A DNA stretch of 64,000 nucleotides from Thalia democratica (GCA_965202585.1 OZ241829.1:18166001-18230000); one strand, 5' to 3'. Positions 1 to 13,385 are shown, numbered from the stretch's first letter. Notes: generated by a model not told the origin, from the letters alone. Made by a program: numbers and translations.

Positions 1-935
1 AATGCTACAAATACACTGACGCACAGTATTTATGTCTTATAAAACAGTGAAACTATAGTTAAGTTGTTTTTTATTCTACAAACACACTGACGCACAGTAT
101 TTACGCCTTATAAAACAGTAAAACTATGATTAACTTGTATTTTTATTGCTACAAACACACTGACGCACAGTATTTACGCCTTATAAAACAGTAAAACTAT
201 GATTAACTTATATTTTTGTTGCTACAAATACACTGACGCACAGTATTTATGCCTTATAAAACAGTGAAACTATGGTTAAGTTGTTTTTTTATTCTACAAA
301 CAGAATGACGCACAGTATTTATGCCTTATAAAACAGTAAAACTATGGTCTAGTTGTTTTTTTTTTACAAATACACTGACGCACAGTATTTATGACTTAAA
401 AAAGAGTAAAACTTTATTAAAGTTGTTTTTTTATTTTACAAACACACTGACGCACAGTATTTATGCCTTATAAAAGAGTAAAACTATGATTAACTTATAT
501 TTTTGTTGCTACAAATACACTGACGCACAGTATTTATGCCTTAAAAACAGTGAAAATATGGTTAAATTGTTTTTTATTCTACAAACACACTGACGCACAG
601 TATTTATGACTTATAAAACAGTAAAACTTTATTAAAGTTGTTTTTTTTTTTACAAACACACTGACGCACAGTATTTATAACTTATAAAAGAGTAAAACTA
701 TGATTAACTAGTATTTTTATTGCTACAAACACACTGACGCACAGTATTTATGACTTACAAAACAGTAAAACTTTATTTAAGTTTTTTTTTTATTGCTTCA
801 AATACACTGACGCACAGTATTTATACCTTATAAAACAGTAATACTTTATTCAAGTTTTTTTTTATTCTACAAACACACTGACGCACAGTATTTACGCCTT
901 ATAAAACAGTGAAACTATGGTTAAGTTATGTTGTA
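1..935 (+). repeat. Tandem array, ~72-bp unit, 13 copies (may continue left of the window)
   Basis: Core ACTGACGCACAGTATTTA recurs every 70-73 bp (GCACAG at 21, 92, 165, 238, 310, 380, 452, 525, 595, 666, 739, 812, 883). Confidence 0.95.
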
Positions 936-2129
936 TTTTTATAGACGATCGCATATTTTTATACTATTTATAAAAGTGAATCTTTAGTACATATAGAGAC
1001 AAAAAATACATTAGCCTGTTATTAAACAGTAAATTTTTGATTATTCTGTATATCATACATGTACAGATACGGATGTATATAGTTGCATATACACTATTCG
1101 TATCTAATTATTTGTATTAATATGGAAACTTTTGTTGCTTTGTTTTTTATGTTTACCTTAATTAAAAATGCTTGTCGGAAACACTAATACAACACAAATA
1201 ACATTATTATAAACAAACATTTTCACTTTCTAAACTGTGTAACTTTATTTTATTAATAACCTTTAATAAAAAATGGATAACTGTATTTGTATCCCTGGCC
1301 AAAATTTGTATAGAAGACATGTTGTTGACGGAGTAAGTTAAACAATTGATAAGATTTTTTGATTTAGCGTAATTGAGTCTTGCTTCTATTCTCAAAAAAA
1401 GTTGTAAAATGTTATGAAATAAAAAAAATATATATATAAAATATTACTGATAAAATAAAATAAAATGTCTGGTGTGAGGCTCGATGACCAAAAGGTCTTT
1501 CTCCACACCAATCCATTGACAATAGTTTTGAGTGGTCACATTTTCTTTCTTTCTAATCTCAGTTTAATTACAGTGAAGTTAAATAAACTTTGATCTTGGC
1601 TGGCTACATCTCCTCGAAAATTTTGCAAAACTAAACAGTTTTTATAGTATATTAATCAAGTTTAGATTAAATAATTTTACAATGTTAAAAACGTGGAGTA
1701 GTGCTATTTATATAAGATTTTCATTTGTTTTCGAACACAATTTTTGTATATATGTAACCTTTTTTTCAAACCAAAACAGTGCGCTTAAAATTAATGGTCC
1801 TAGGATCTAATAATATCTATATATAAACACTTTTGTACAAGCTTTAAATATATTTTTACTAAACTTTTTTATCAAAAGTTAAATTATCTTCTTAAAAAGA
1901 GACAAGAAGACATGTTCATTAAAAAAAACCTTGTAGAAAATCAAATGGCATGGAAAAAAATTTCCTTTACTAAACTGTCAGCCTTTTTTTAAATAGATCT
2001 ATCTATATAATAGACTTAAATTTTATATATTGTTATATCAATGTAATCTTTTGATGAAAGTTTGAATTTTTTTTGTCAGATATTAACTTTCAATGCTATA
2101 AGTGCAGTAATTATGACGAAGAACATTAA

Positions 2130-2830
2130 GGGAATAGGAGGGTGCCTAGATTTTTTCAAATTGATCTTATTTTATAGAGTTTTATTTGAGCTTTAGACAT
2201 TTTTAACCACTTGATATATTCAAAGTAATTTTTGAGATACAAGCAATCAAAGTTGGTGACCTCAATAGAAGGTGCAAACAAAAACGCGAAAAAAGACCAT
2301 TTCAAAAAAAAAAACCCCTCTTTCATTTAATTAAGCAATCTTCTTCAAAATTTTACAGAAAGTGTATTATTAAATTTTTAAAAGATTGAATGCAGGAATT
2401 TTTTTAACTTCGAAAAATAAAATTTTTATTAACAAAAAAGCACTTTTTTTTGTTTTATAGAATTTTTTTATCTTTTATTGTTTTAATAATTCCAACATTT
2501 GAAGTTTTCTAAACTATAAAAGAAACATTTCCTGAAAATTTGATGTCTCTAGATCAAAAAATGAGGGAACAGATAGATTTTCAGTATTTTTTTAAATTTC
2601 TGCTAATTCACTTCAGCTTTTTTTTTAGGTCCAAGTTTTCTTGACAACCTTTATTATAAAGTTAAATATAAGGAAACAAATAGATGGTATATAAAATTTT
2701 AAACTTGTTGAGAATATATTTATAACTTAAAAACTAAGATTTTTATATTTTTATAGTTATTGGAAGATCGAGATTTTTACAGAAAATTCCTGCAAAATCA
2801 TGGGATAATTCAAAAATCAGTTTTATGTCC
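2130..2830. mobile_element. TTAA-flanked non-autonomous DNA transposon (Kolobok-like MITE), inserted in the Merlin element
   Basis: TTAA|GGGAATAGGAGGG start; internal TTGATCTTATTTTATAGA.. block shared with 17.7 kb and 26.5 kb copies; right TIR degenerate. Confidence 0.55.
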
Positions 2831-2892
2831 TAAGTGTGATCAAGTTTGCAGGTTAGAATAATATTATATATAATAACACTATAAAACTTTGA

Positions 2893-4064
2893 ATACATTC
2901 CGTTAAAAATTGTATTATTCATCTACTCAATCTCTTAAGATATGAAAAGAAAAGTGGAGTATTTCGCTGCGATAAAGGTTCTCGCCTAAACCGCTGTAAC
3001 TTTAAGATTTCTGAAAGAAGAGGCACCTTCGTTGAAAGTAAGCTATAATAATTGTAAACAATTTAAAAGAAGCTCAACTTAAATCTTGAAAATGATATTT
3101 TTCTATCTTTTATTTCAAGTCTTGGTTAGAAAGAAAAATAAAAAGATATTTTTCTAAACTACTATATATTTGAAACTAATCTATTTTTATATTGTAGGAC
3201 TGAGAATGACCTACAGACAAATAGTAAATTTTTGTTATGAATTTACTTTGCGTGAATCAAAAGCATGTAACGTAGCCAAAGAAATCGGAATATCTGAAAA
3301 TTCAGCGAACACCTGGTTCAAATTCCTCTGCCAGGTTAGTTGTATAAAAATTCTAGCTTATAATTAAAGGAGTCTATGAAGCTTTAATTTGTTAGTTTCC
3401 TTTTTTTAACGAAAATACTTACTTAAAATGTTTTTCAATGTAGTACAGAAAATTTTCATATACTAAAACTGATGTACAAATACATCAATAGGTTTGTCAG
3501 GATGCAGTAGAACAAGATATTATTGGCGGACCTGGAGTGGTAGTGGAGATAGATGAATCTCACTTCTGTACTGTAAAACAAGGACAGGGGAGAAACAGGA
3601 AAAAATCATCCAACTGGATCTTCGGAGGCATAGAGCGGCAAAGCAAAAAGTTTTTTGCTGTCGCTCTAGGCCTCGAAGGAAACAGAAGAATGACTACCCT
3701 TGAGCCCCTCATAATTCAGCACATATGACCGGGGAGCATTATAATGTCCGACGAATGGTCGTCTTACAACGACATAGAAAGATTGGTAGACAGCAATGGT
3801 GAACTGATGAACTATGAACATCACACAGTAAACCATAAAATAGGGTTTGCTAACTTCGACAACCCGTGGGTACACACCCAAACCATTGAACGGCACTGGG
3901 GTAACATGAAGGAAGTAATCAAGAGGAGAGGGGTTAGTAAGAAGGTTGAGCAGCATCTATACAGATATAGATTCTTAAAAAAATATCCAGTTAATACGCT
4001 TCACCATTTAACGGTTGAAGCTGGAAAATCATTCCCTTATTCTAGGTATATGAACACCCCATAA
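2893..4064 (+). pseudogene. Spliced Merlin/ISXO2-like DDE transposase with one nonsense codon
   Basis: Exons ~2893-3037 (FRC..C..ISERRGTFVE), 3198-3334, 3492-4064. Motifs GGPGVVVEIDES, WIFGGIER, I*PGSIIMSDEW, HTVNH, HTQTIERHW. TGA 3726-3728 splits two same-frame ORFs. GT-AG introns restore the frame. Confidence 0.85.
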
Positions 4065-4384
4065 TACTTTCATAACATTTTCGTTATAAAGTTAGTCTGT
4101 AAAATTTGTATTGTTTTGGTGTATTTTGTAAACTAATGTGAAGTATTTAATAGTTTTGAAATTATAGCTAAAATAAGTTGGATCTAGAATTGAAATCTTT
4201 TATTCAAAAGTTCAAATGTTCATAATTTCGTTAATTCAAGTTGAAAATGTAAGTAAGAATAATTAAAGTTTTTCATTGCTAACCTTCATTAATGTTGTTA
4301 CAAATTTTTCGTTTTTTTTTAGTCAAGTGTTTTTAAAAAGTTCTTTAGTCTGTAAAGTTTTGATGGTTTTAAATCTCTTGGTTA

Positions 4385-4830
4385 ACTGTTTTATAAGTCA
4401 TAAATACTGTGCGTTAGTGTGTTTGTAGAAAAAAAAAACAATTTAACCATAGTTTTACTGTTTTATAGGTATAAATACTGTGCGTCAGTGTATTTATAGC
4501 AATAAAAATACAAGTTAATCATAGTTTTACTCTTTTATAAGTCATGAATACTGTGCGTCAGTGTGTTTGTAGAATAAAAAACGACTTAACTATAGTTTTA
4601 TAAGGGATAAATACTGTGCGTCAGTGTATTTGTAGCAATAAAAATACTAGTTAATCATAGTTTTACTCTTTTATAAGGCGTAAATACTGTGTGTCAGTGT
4701 GTTTGTAGAATAAAAGTACAAGTTAATCATAGTTTTACTGTTTTATAAGTCATAAATACTGTGCGTCAGTGTGTTTGTAAAATAAAAAAACAACTTAAAT
4801 AAAGTTTTACTGCTTTATAAGTAATACTGA
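4385..4830 (-). repeat. Inverted copy of the ~72-bp tandem array (6 full units plus a partial one)
   Basis: Reverse-complement core TAAATACTGTGCGTCAGT repeated with the same period. Confidence 0.92.
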
Positions 4831-5099
4831 AAACTAAATTTATATATGATATAAAGTTCAAAATTAAACTACTAGTATACTAGAAAGAAAGAAAGAAAAA
4901 AGTGAAGCTCACAACTATGGTCAATGGATTGGTGTGGAGAAAGACCTTTCGGTCATCGAGCCTCACACCATATATGTATAAATAACTTTGATAAGCTTTA
5001 TTTAAAACTTTGATAAAATCTAATTTTAAGTTAAATGTATGATTTTTTTTAAACTCAAACTATTTAAAGAAATTAATTCTTAAAGGAAAAAAAATGGTA

Positions 5100-6245
5100 T
5101 GCACTCTTTTTTAAACCCATTACTGCCAATATTAACCATGAAAATCATAGTCTACCATGGGCACCACACCGTCTCCTCCCAAAGATTTCAATTTTTAAGA
5201 TCATGTACGTTCACATTTTTCTTGTTGCCCTCTCTACAAGAGCAACCCTGAAAAATGCAATAAAAAGGTCAATAATAGAACAAAAAGGGAGAAGTTGTGA
5301 AAATGCTATAACTAAAATATTTTCTTTTTCTAAAACTAAATGTGTTTAAAAAACAAAACAAAAAATAAGAAAAAAAACTTAACAACTACTTAAGTAAATA
5401 AAAAATTAATTAATAAAACTCACTTAGAAATAAAAATAAACTAAGTAAGTTTCAACTACATCTGTTCAAAAACTCTGTTACTCTAAAACAAACTCAACAA
5501 TTATTTTAAAAATTTTTTAAAATAATAATAAATAAATAAAAATTGTAATCATACTTAATTATAAACTCACATAAAAAAAAGAAAAAAAATCAAGTTAGTA
5601 AATAAAAACTGCTTGTTCAAAAACTATACCCAAGACCAAATCAACTCTGCTCACACCCAGCCAACACAGCTGCCATTGATTTTTCTCAAAAAAAATAAAT
5701 AAAAAATAGAGAGTAAAACCTGATAACTAAGAAATTATTTTATGAGATACTATTTAAAACTGAAAATTAAGATTGACTTTTGTCTGATTGATTTCTGAGC
5801 AATACATTTTTCAGTCCAGATTGAAATGCTATAAGATAGTTTTGTTCTTTTAAGCTTTTTGGAATTTCCTCCCATACCTTACATCCAAGATATGACAAGG
5901 ACTTAGAACCGTAAAGACTATTTACTCGAGGAAAAAAGTAATTTGTCTCTGAAAATCTTGTTGAATGGTTGTGAATCTTGTTTATACTTGTAAAGTAAGG
6001 ATTGAAATTAACAGGCAACATGCTTTTTTTGAATTTGTACATAAAGACTCCTAACTCATACCGAAACATGTTTTCAACATCTAAAATTTTATTTGATATT
6101 TTTATACTACTAATATTTTCATTCCAACTTTTAAAATGTATGCACATTACAGCTCTATTTACAAGTTTATTGATCTCTGAAATTTTGGTTCTGCTTGCTC
6201 TACCCTAACAAAGTAATCCATATCTAACATGACTCATTAGAAGTG
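5100..6245 (-). mobile_element. 5'-truncated CR1/L2-group (Crack-like) LINE: RT C-terminus and 3' UTR
   Basis: SHVRYGLLC*GRA..NRAV..MFRYELGVFMYK..HNHSTR..SLSYLGCKVWEEIP; 3' UTR hairpin GGGTTGCTCTTGTAGAGAGGGCAAC. Confidence 0.75.
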
Positions 6246-6506
6246 AGTTAAAAATGTAACACAAAGAGTTTTGATTTATATAGTACCGTGTTTAAATACA
6301 TTATAAATATATTTACTAAAAAAGTTGGTTTGAAGTAAAACATTTAGAGTTTTTACAGCTTATGTATATAATAAAAAAAAAAAAGAATGAATAAATTTTA
6401 CTGCAATTTTTTTCTATATAAATCAAAATAAATAGAACTTTAAAATATTTTTTATAGTTTGATTATTTACTTAAGTTCTGTTAAATAAACAAATACTATT
6501 TCAAAG

Positions 6507-9500
6507 TTAGGACACAACCCAAAAGACGTATCTTGCATCATTGGACCAAACTCACCAGATTGGCTTTTTGCAAACATGGGTTCAATACTAGCAGGGTAAA
6601 CTAAAGCTTATTCTGAAAATAACATTCAAAAAAAGGTTAATTCTTAGAAAATTTATAAAGCCGTAGGTGAAAACATTAAATTCTTATATTTTCATAAATT
6701 TAGATAAACGAAATAAAGTTATAGTAAAAAAGTTTTATTTGTTACTGGCCTTCACTTGCTTTTTGACTAAAAAAAATATAAATATATCAATTAAGTTTTT
6801 TACATTTTAACCTTTAATATTTTAAACTTATTACTTTATGATGACTTAGTTTTGTTGTATTTAAGACAGAGCTATGTCTAACAAAGTCACCTACCTCGTT
6901 AGATAATTATTTAAACTTGCTTTGTGATTTAAATTTATAGTCTTTTTTTTGGGAGACTTTAAAGTTGTTTATAATACAAATCATTTTGTATTTATTTGTT
7001 TTTATGACATCACAGTGGAATAGGATAAGGAATTTACACAACTAACAGCGCACAGGCATGCAGTTACGTCATCAGAGTGACGAAATCAAAATTTATCTTT
7101 TGCAATGAGAAACAGCTCAAGAAAATTAATCAGGTTTAGCTAACCTTCTTCAACTAAAACTTGAACAAGTATTTCTTGTAAATACGTAGATTTACCAGTC
7201 TAACTACTCATAAACGACGTAATTTTGTAATTGTTGTGTTTAAAAAAGTATTTTTTTGACTTATATGCAGTATACAAAAGTAAAAAAAACAATAAGAAAA
7301 CGACTGCCTTTGTATTAAAAATAAAGCAAATAAAATACAAATTATCGATGTTTTTTTGCTTGTATAATTATGCTTTTTTGTTTCTGAAAGGAAAAGGAAC
7401 AAACATTTTCAGATTCGGAAAGAGCTACCTCATGACCTTCTGATTGTTTTGATGAATGAAACCTTCAGAGGCTCGAGCAAAACAGAGCAAAACATATACA
7501 AAGTATGTTGTAAAACTTAAAAACATTTTTGTTAAACATCATATTTTCTTTTTAATTACTTTGTTCAGTACAAACTACTGATTAAGTTGACACTTTTGTG
7601 TTGAGTTTGAGTGCTTTCTTAAACGGAAAACAGTAGTATACATCGGTATACATCGGTATACATCGGTATAACCGCTGGCAGTGTAAATAAACAATGAAAA
7701 CACCTAACAACTACTTAACAGTGGCAGGAGTTCATAGAGTTAAGAAATGAAGTTGACGACGAGTTAGTTGAAGATCGAATATCGAAGCAACGTCCGAACG
7801 AATGCAGCCAACTAGTGTTCACTTCTGGAACCAACGGGAAGCCGAAAGGAGTCATGCTGAGCCACGACAATGTTTGTGAAAAATATGCGCAAAACACTTA
7901 ATGTTTTAACAAATTAAGTGCTTTTTAAATAGTTGATATCGATTTTGTAAATGTTTTTATGAAAGTACTTGATAAATATATAGAACAAATTTATAATATT
8001 TTAAAACATTATAAATAATATAGATCAGTTGTAAAAATTTTAAGAGAGTCTTTGAAACAATTTTTTTAAAGAACTACAGTAGTTTTGTTTAAAACTTATA
8101 TGTTTGATAACTTCTTTGTTATTTTGTTTTATCATTTTGTTTGTGACGTAACAACAGATCACATGGTCGTCACGCGCGTGTTGCCAATGGAGCGGAGTTT
8201 TCATGGAAACCCTGGTCTCCTACCTGCCCCTGTCCCACATAACTGCCCAGATGTGCGACTTATGGGCGCCTCTAGTGGCGAAATGTTGCGTCTACTTTGC
8301 CCCTGAAGATGCGCTCAAGGTGGGTAGCATTGTAAGCGAAACAAATCTATTCAAAATTTTTTATAGTTTTAGTGAATACGTATGCTCCTTAGTTTTTTAA
8401 CTTTAAAAACGCAGTAGAGTAGCTGCTGTAATCTCTTAATATCTCCCACCACAAATTCATGTTCACAACTTTAAACAATTACAAACCTTGACTGTTGATT
8501 TAACAATGTAACTTTGAATCCACACTTGGTCAACATGAAAAATATCAGGGCAAATTGGCGGCGACGGTGAAGCTGGTCAAACCGACGGTTTTCCTTTGAG
8601 TTCCCCGAGTTTGGGAGAAGATAGTGATGAGAATTGACAGTTGGAAGGAGGGCAGTTGGGGGAGGTTGGTAGAAATGTGGCAGAGATGGTGCGAGAGCGT
8701 CAGCCTGAAGTCCGTGCAAGTTAAAAGCAGCGGGTTCGCTTGTTCGATGTTGATATTATTTAAATTACCAATAGACGATTCTCATTACCTTACATTAACA
8801 GATCACGCGCGCTACTTTTTTAATTTCGGAATAATTTTTAAAAATAAATCTAAGTTTTAAACAATAAATTTTTAGCAACCGCTCGTCTTGACAGCACATT
8901 AATAATTTACACTCCGCCTTCTTAACAACCGATTTTTTTTAAACTAAATCAAAAGACCACCCGTCCACACAAGGGCGAGTCGGCGGGCTGGGTGGGGAGA
9001 AGGCTGGCGCAAAAGTCACTGGAGCGTGTCGGGAGGACGCTGGGGCTGGACAGGTGCTGGCTGATGGGGTCGGTCGCCGCGCCGCTGGGCGAACGAACCC
9101 AACTGAGCTGCTGGTCGAACGGCATACAGCTCGTTGAAATGTACGGACTGAGCGAGTCTTACGGTCAGTAGCTGTTCAGTGGTTTTTTTGATGTTGTTAA
9201 AAGTATTTTTCCTAAAACGTGTCGGTTGTGTTAGATAAATTCGACTCAGTTAGTTAGTGAGAGTTTTGTTTGAGCGAAACTGTATATAATACTCTATGAA
9301 ATTTAACTTTTGTAATAAAACAATACAAGTTTTACGTAAACTTTATTAAGTTTTAGGTGCTTGACACGTATTTTTGAACAGAAAAGTAGTCAAGAAAGTA
9401 TATTAATAACAATGCTTCTCACTGTTTTTTAAAAAAACTTAGCTACAAAATATCATTATGAATAAATCAAAGTTTTAGTCACATATACTCATTTGTTGCA

Positions 9501-10641
9501 TCTATTCAACAACAACCTGTAACTGAATAGTCATTTTAGTTTACTTGAAAAAAGTGCTGTAGATTTTTGCAGGTCCGCACGTTTGTTCGGTGTCTCTTCC
9601 GGGAAAGTTCAGGTTTCAGTCGGTCGGCAAGTCCCTGCCGGGAACCAAAGTTCGAGTCGATCATCAAAATAACGAGGTAAAACTAAAGTAATGTCCTCAT
9701 CACAAAAAAAAATTTTAGCTAGATTGCAGACTTGTTTTGATTCTACGAAATGATTTGCTTTTATAAATTTTGATGTCAACTTTTGGTATTGACTAAGGTG
9801 ACAATAACAGCATAAATTTTTTTTGAACTACATAGTGTATAACAAATACATCTTTTGACGATGCTAATTTAATGTTACTAAATTCTTCTTTTCTATTTCT
9901 GCTAACTAGTCATTGAAAAATAACTTGATAAAAACAATTTTCAGATTTGTCTGTGGGGTCGAAACATTTGCATGGGCTACCTGAGCATGGGTGAAGAAAT
10001 GAAGGGCTGCTATGACAACCAGGGGTGGCTCATGACCGGAGACAAGGGTCATTCCGATGAAGATGGCTTCTTGTTTGTAACGGGAAGACTCAAAGGTTGG
10101 AAAGTTTCAAATTAGAATATTACAGTAAAATGTCAGTGTTTGATAAATATCTTCTTCATTAGAAAAAGTTGTTTTGTATAAGATGTGTGACTTCTAAAAA
10201 AAGGGAATGGTAATAATTAAGTAATGGTTTAAGTAAATATATAAGTGCTAAAACTAAATGTTTTGAAATTAAATGAACAACAACTTAAAAATTTACTTTT
10301 AAATCTTATTAAGTCTTCGTTTTTATCGTACTTTCTTAACTTTAATAACATTGCAAAAAATCATTTTAAAATCTTTTTACAATCCAACGTGTGTGATCAT
10401 AATATTTACTTATTATATTAAAACTTTTTTAATCTGAAAATAGTTTTACTTATTTATTTTTTTAAACATTATGTGCAAACTCAACACTCACACTTTAGAT
10501 TTGATAATAACATCCGGTGGCAAAAACGTCCCATCGTTGAGAATTGAAGCTTCAGTGAGAAATCAAATACCTGATGTTATTCAAAATTGTTTTGTTTTGG
10601 GCGATTCGAAAATCTTTCTTTCTGTTCTACTAACCTTTCAT
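6507..10641 (+). pseudogene. ACSBG: Long-chain acyl-CoA synthetase, bubblegum family (ACSBG-like), likely pseudogene
   Basis: Exons 6507-6595, 7016-7133, 7413-7502, 7722-7871, 8158-8319, 8549-~8719, ~8974-9163, 9573-9676, 9945-10095, 10499-10641. Motifs: GIYTTNS, FTSGTNGKPKGVMLSHDN, SYLPLSHI, VPRVWEK, LGLDRC, EMYGLSE, ICLWGRNICMGY, GWLMTGD, GRLKDLIITSGGKNV. In-frame stops TAA 7026-7028 and TGA 8597-8599. No 5' or 3' terminal exons recognised. Confidence 0.82.
7637..7670 (+). repeat. 10-bp minisatellite (TATACATCGG)x3 in an ACSBG intron
   Basis: Direct reading of the sequence. Confidence 0.8.
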
Positions 10642-10931
10642 GTGCGTTTCAAGTAATTTTTTTTGTTAATCAAGTTTAGATATAATAGCACAAATTTACA
10701 CGTAATTTGCATTTTGTGGACTAAATTACTAACTATTTTACAACAAAAAAAAGCACTTATCACTAATTATACCATTTTTTTTTTAATTTTCTTTCAACAA
10801 TCTTTTTTAAAACAAAAAGTATTATTAACTTTTTCTACAACTTGTCGGAATAATAACTTACTATTTGTTTACTTGCAACATGTAAAACACTTTATTAACC
10901 TAAGTTTATCTATGATAATTTTTTTTATAAT

Positions 10932-11165
10932 ACGCGTTTATCGGATTATGTCTGGAGCTTTTTTCACAGGTATGGTAAAAGGCCAAACATGGAGTGGAGT
11001 ATTGTTTCAAAGATCAAACATGCATCCAACGGAGTAAGTAGAATTTGCCCAACTTGCAATACAGAAAGAGCAGTAATTGCAGCAGAAGATAAAGACCTAC
11101 TTCTGTTTAAGCGGCAAGATTTATCGAATATTTGTCTCCACAACCGACGATTCTACTTTAAATAA
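10932..11165 (+). mobile_element. Penelope-like element fragment (C-terminal part of GIY-YIG endonuclease)
   Basis: Manual translation TRLSDYVWS..MEWSIVSKIK..RICPTCNTER..LFKRQDLSNICLHNRRFYFK*, matching the other two PLE fragments. Confidence 0.7.
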
Positions 11166-13178
11166 CTCTGTCTACTTATGTACTAATTTATTTCACAACA
11201 CTCACATTACAATTACATACACTTGCAAGCTTAATACTTCATGTTTTTAAGGTGTATAAATTATTGACCAATATGTTAAATTTATTATGACGTAACATTT
11301 CTGCACAACTCAATTTAATTTTTATTTTAAAAACTTGCCTATTCTTAGAGCTTTTTGAGGTTAGTGCCTACTTTTATTAAATTTGTATTTTTTGTAGACA
11401 ATTTTATAATTTTATGTTTTTATCCCAAACTTTGTTTTTAAACCATAAAGTTCATTTATAGTTACTACCTACATAAACACTATACATAATTATACATGCT
11501 TATTCTGCTTTTTTTCTAATGTGTGTTAATATTTTACAGACTCCGTAGATCTGTTATTAAATTTATTTGAGAGCAGTGAAACGCCGTTAGTTGAAATAAA
11601 GTTTTAGCACAAGAACATCTGTGGTATAATTATAATTGTATTTATTAGATTTAAAGATTGTTATTTAAAGTAAGTTTAGTAATTCTCTTACTGTACATTT
11701 TTATAGCTCTTTTGATTTTCAACAAGTGATTTATTAAAAGCATTTTTTACAGTGGTTAAATATAAAGCATTTTTCACATAAGTGACATACTTATATAGTT
11801 CTTTTATTTTTCAACAGTTGTTTTTGCATTTAATATTTCTGTTTCTTAAAGTATTATTGAGTTTTTTAAAGTGGTTATTTTACAGTATTTTAGTATACAA
11901 ATTACATAGTTAATAGTTCTTGTGATTTTTACTATTGGTTTTGTATTCATTGAAGTCCGTTTAATAGAGAAACCCACTCAATTGTTGTGCCTGGTTATTT
12001 ATATCTAGCAACACTAAGTCTAGACTAAAGTAATAATTATGTCAAATCCCAATAGTAAAGTAAAACTCAGGTTAAGCCCTAAGCGTAAGCTTTCTAGGGT
12101 AAATGAACCTTTGGATGTTGGGTCACCAACGCCCATTGGTTTCACTTATACAAAAGTATCAAACAATTATGTTTTTTAATCAATTTAAAGTAGTATATTT
12201 TTCAATAAATTATCTCAGATATAAAAAGGGTTATTTTTAAGTTTTTATTTTCTAATTTCATTTGTAAAAATATCTTGCAACTACAAGTCTTCTATTACCA
12301 GGCCTATCATTTGTGTTCAGTTGTTAGCAAGAGTTTAAATGAGCCAGTCTTAATGTGTTTGCTAGTCGTTTTGTAGTTGAACTAATAACAATGAACTACC
12401 TTTATATATTTTTGTAAGTAAAAATATGTCCCAATTTTATTGATGATATACTTTACTTCGTTTAAATAAAGAAATTTGCAAAATGTTTTTAATAGACTCA
12501 TTATTTGAGTTACTTTTTAATAACTTTTCAATGTAACAATTTGTATGTATACAAGTAAAATTTTTTAATTTTTGTAATCAATTTGCATCAAAATATTTTG
12601 ATTAGTTTATAGATTTAAAAGTAAGTCTAAACTACTTTGCTTTAATTAATCAATATTAACTTAGATTGTTTTTATGTTAAACGAATACAATCAAAGCTTG
12701 ATTAGCTAAAAAAAAAATAAACGATAAAGTTTTTTGAGTTAGTTTAGCTTTTTTCAAAAGTAAGAAAACAATTAAATTATCTCTAATTTTGCTGATAATG
12801 CGTAGTTTGTATTATGAGAATAAAAACAAATTGAAAGCATTTTTAGTTTATACTTAAGTTTTTACAACTCATATAAGAATTTCATCAAATTTAAATTGAT
12901 ATGCTAACTTTACTTTCAACTTATTGAATATCCATCTATTTAATTCATCCTTATAATTCTAAGTGACTAAGTACAGTTATTTTGTGTAAATTAAAGTTTC
13001 AGAAAAATTGTTAATTTTATTTTTAATCTAGTTGATTTATTAATGCAAATTTTTTTCTTTTATTTACAGCTTGATTTAAAGAATCATTTTGACAACCTTT
13101 AATGAAATCTATTATGCTAGGGATACTATCAAAAATAGTCAGAAAGCAGGTTTTAAAAAGTCTCTCAAGTTAATGAGT

Positions 13179-13385
13179 TTTATTAAACTTTCATCTAAAC
13201 ACATGTGTACGCAAAATTCTGACTGAAAAAGTATGTAGTTAAAAGTAATAGCTTTTTTATAAAAAGAAGAGCCTGTTGAAAATAATTTAACTGAAAAACA
13301 ATTAAAAGAATAACGAAAAGTAAACAAAAATATATTTAATGCAAACTAAAACAAATAATAAATAAGAACAAGCGTCAAGTTTAAT
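13179..13385 (-). promoter_or_regulatory. Candidate polyadenylation signals of the CCP gene
   Basis: ATTAAA (13380-13385) and AATAAA (13179-13184) on the minus strand downstream of the stop; weak evidence in AT-rich DNA. Confidence 0.3.

Larger units (their letters stand above)
1469..4971 (+). mobile_element. Merlin/IS1595(ISXO2)-like DNA transposon with imperfect ~100-bp TIRs
   Basis: GGTGTGAGGCTCGATGACC..CTTTCTCCACACCAATCCATTGAC (~1471-1521) and its reverse complement (~4919-4969) enclose a DDE transposase. No clean TSD; the true left end may lie outside the window. Confidence 0.72.

Noticed and set aside
1-935. CRISPR-like array
   Set aside because: The sequence between conserved cores is itself homologous between units, with no unique spacers. 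The context is eukaryotic and there are no cas genes.
3170-4064. Bacterial IS1595 insertion or contamination
   Set aside because: The transposase is split by GT-AG introns and embedded in eukaryotic repeats, which fits a eukaryotic Merlin-type element.
1459-4981. Target-site duplication for the Merlin-like element
   Set aside because: The flanks (AAATGTCT vs ATATATGT) do not match as an 8-9 bp TSD.
7026-8599. Selenocysteine, readthrough or an alternative genetic code rescuing ACSBG
   Set aside because: Two different stop types occur (TAA and TGA), the TGA replaces a conserved Gly, and TGA is used as a normal terminator in the neighbouring gene.
10663-11037. 124-aa ORF as a gene
   Set aside because: Low-complexity AT-rich translation with no motif. 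The meaningful frame in this region is the Penelope fragment.
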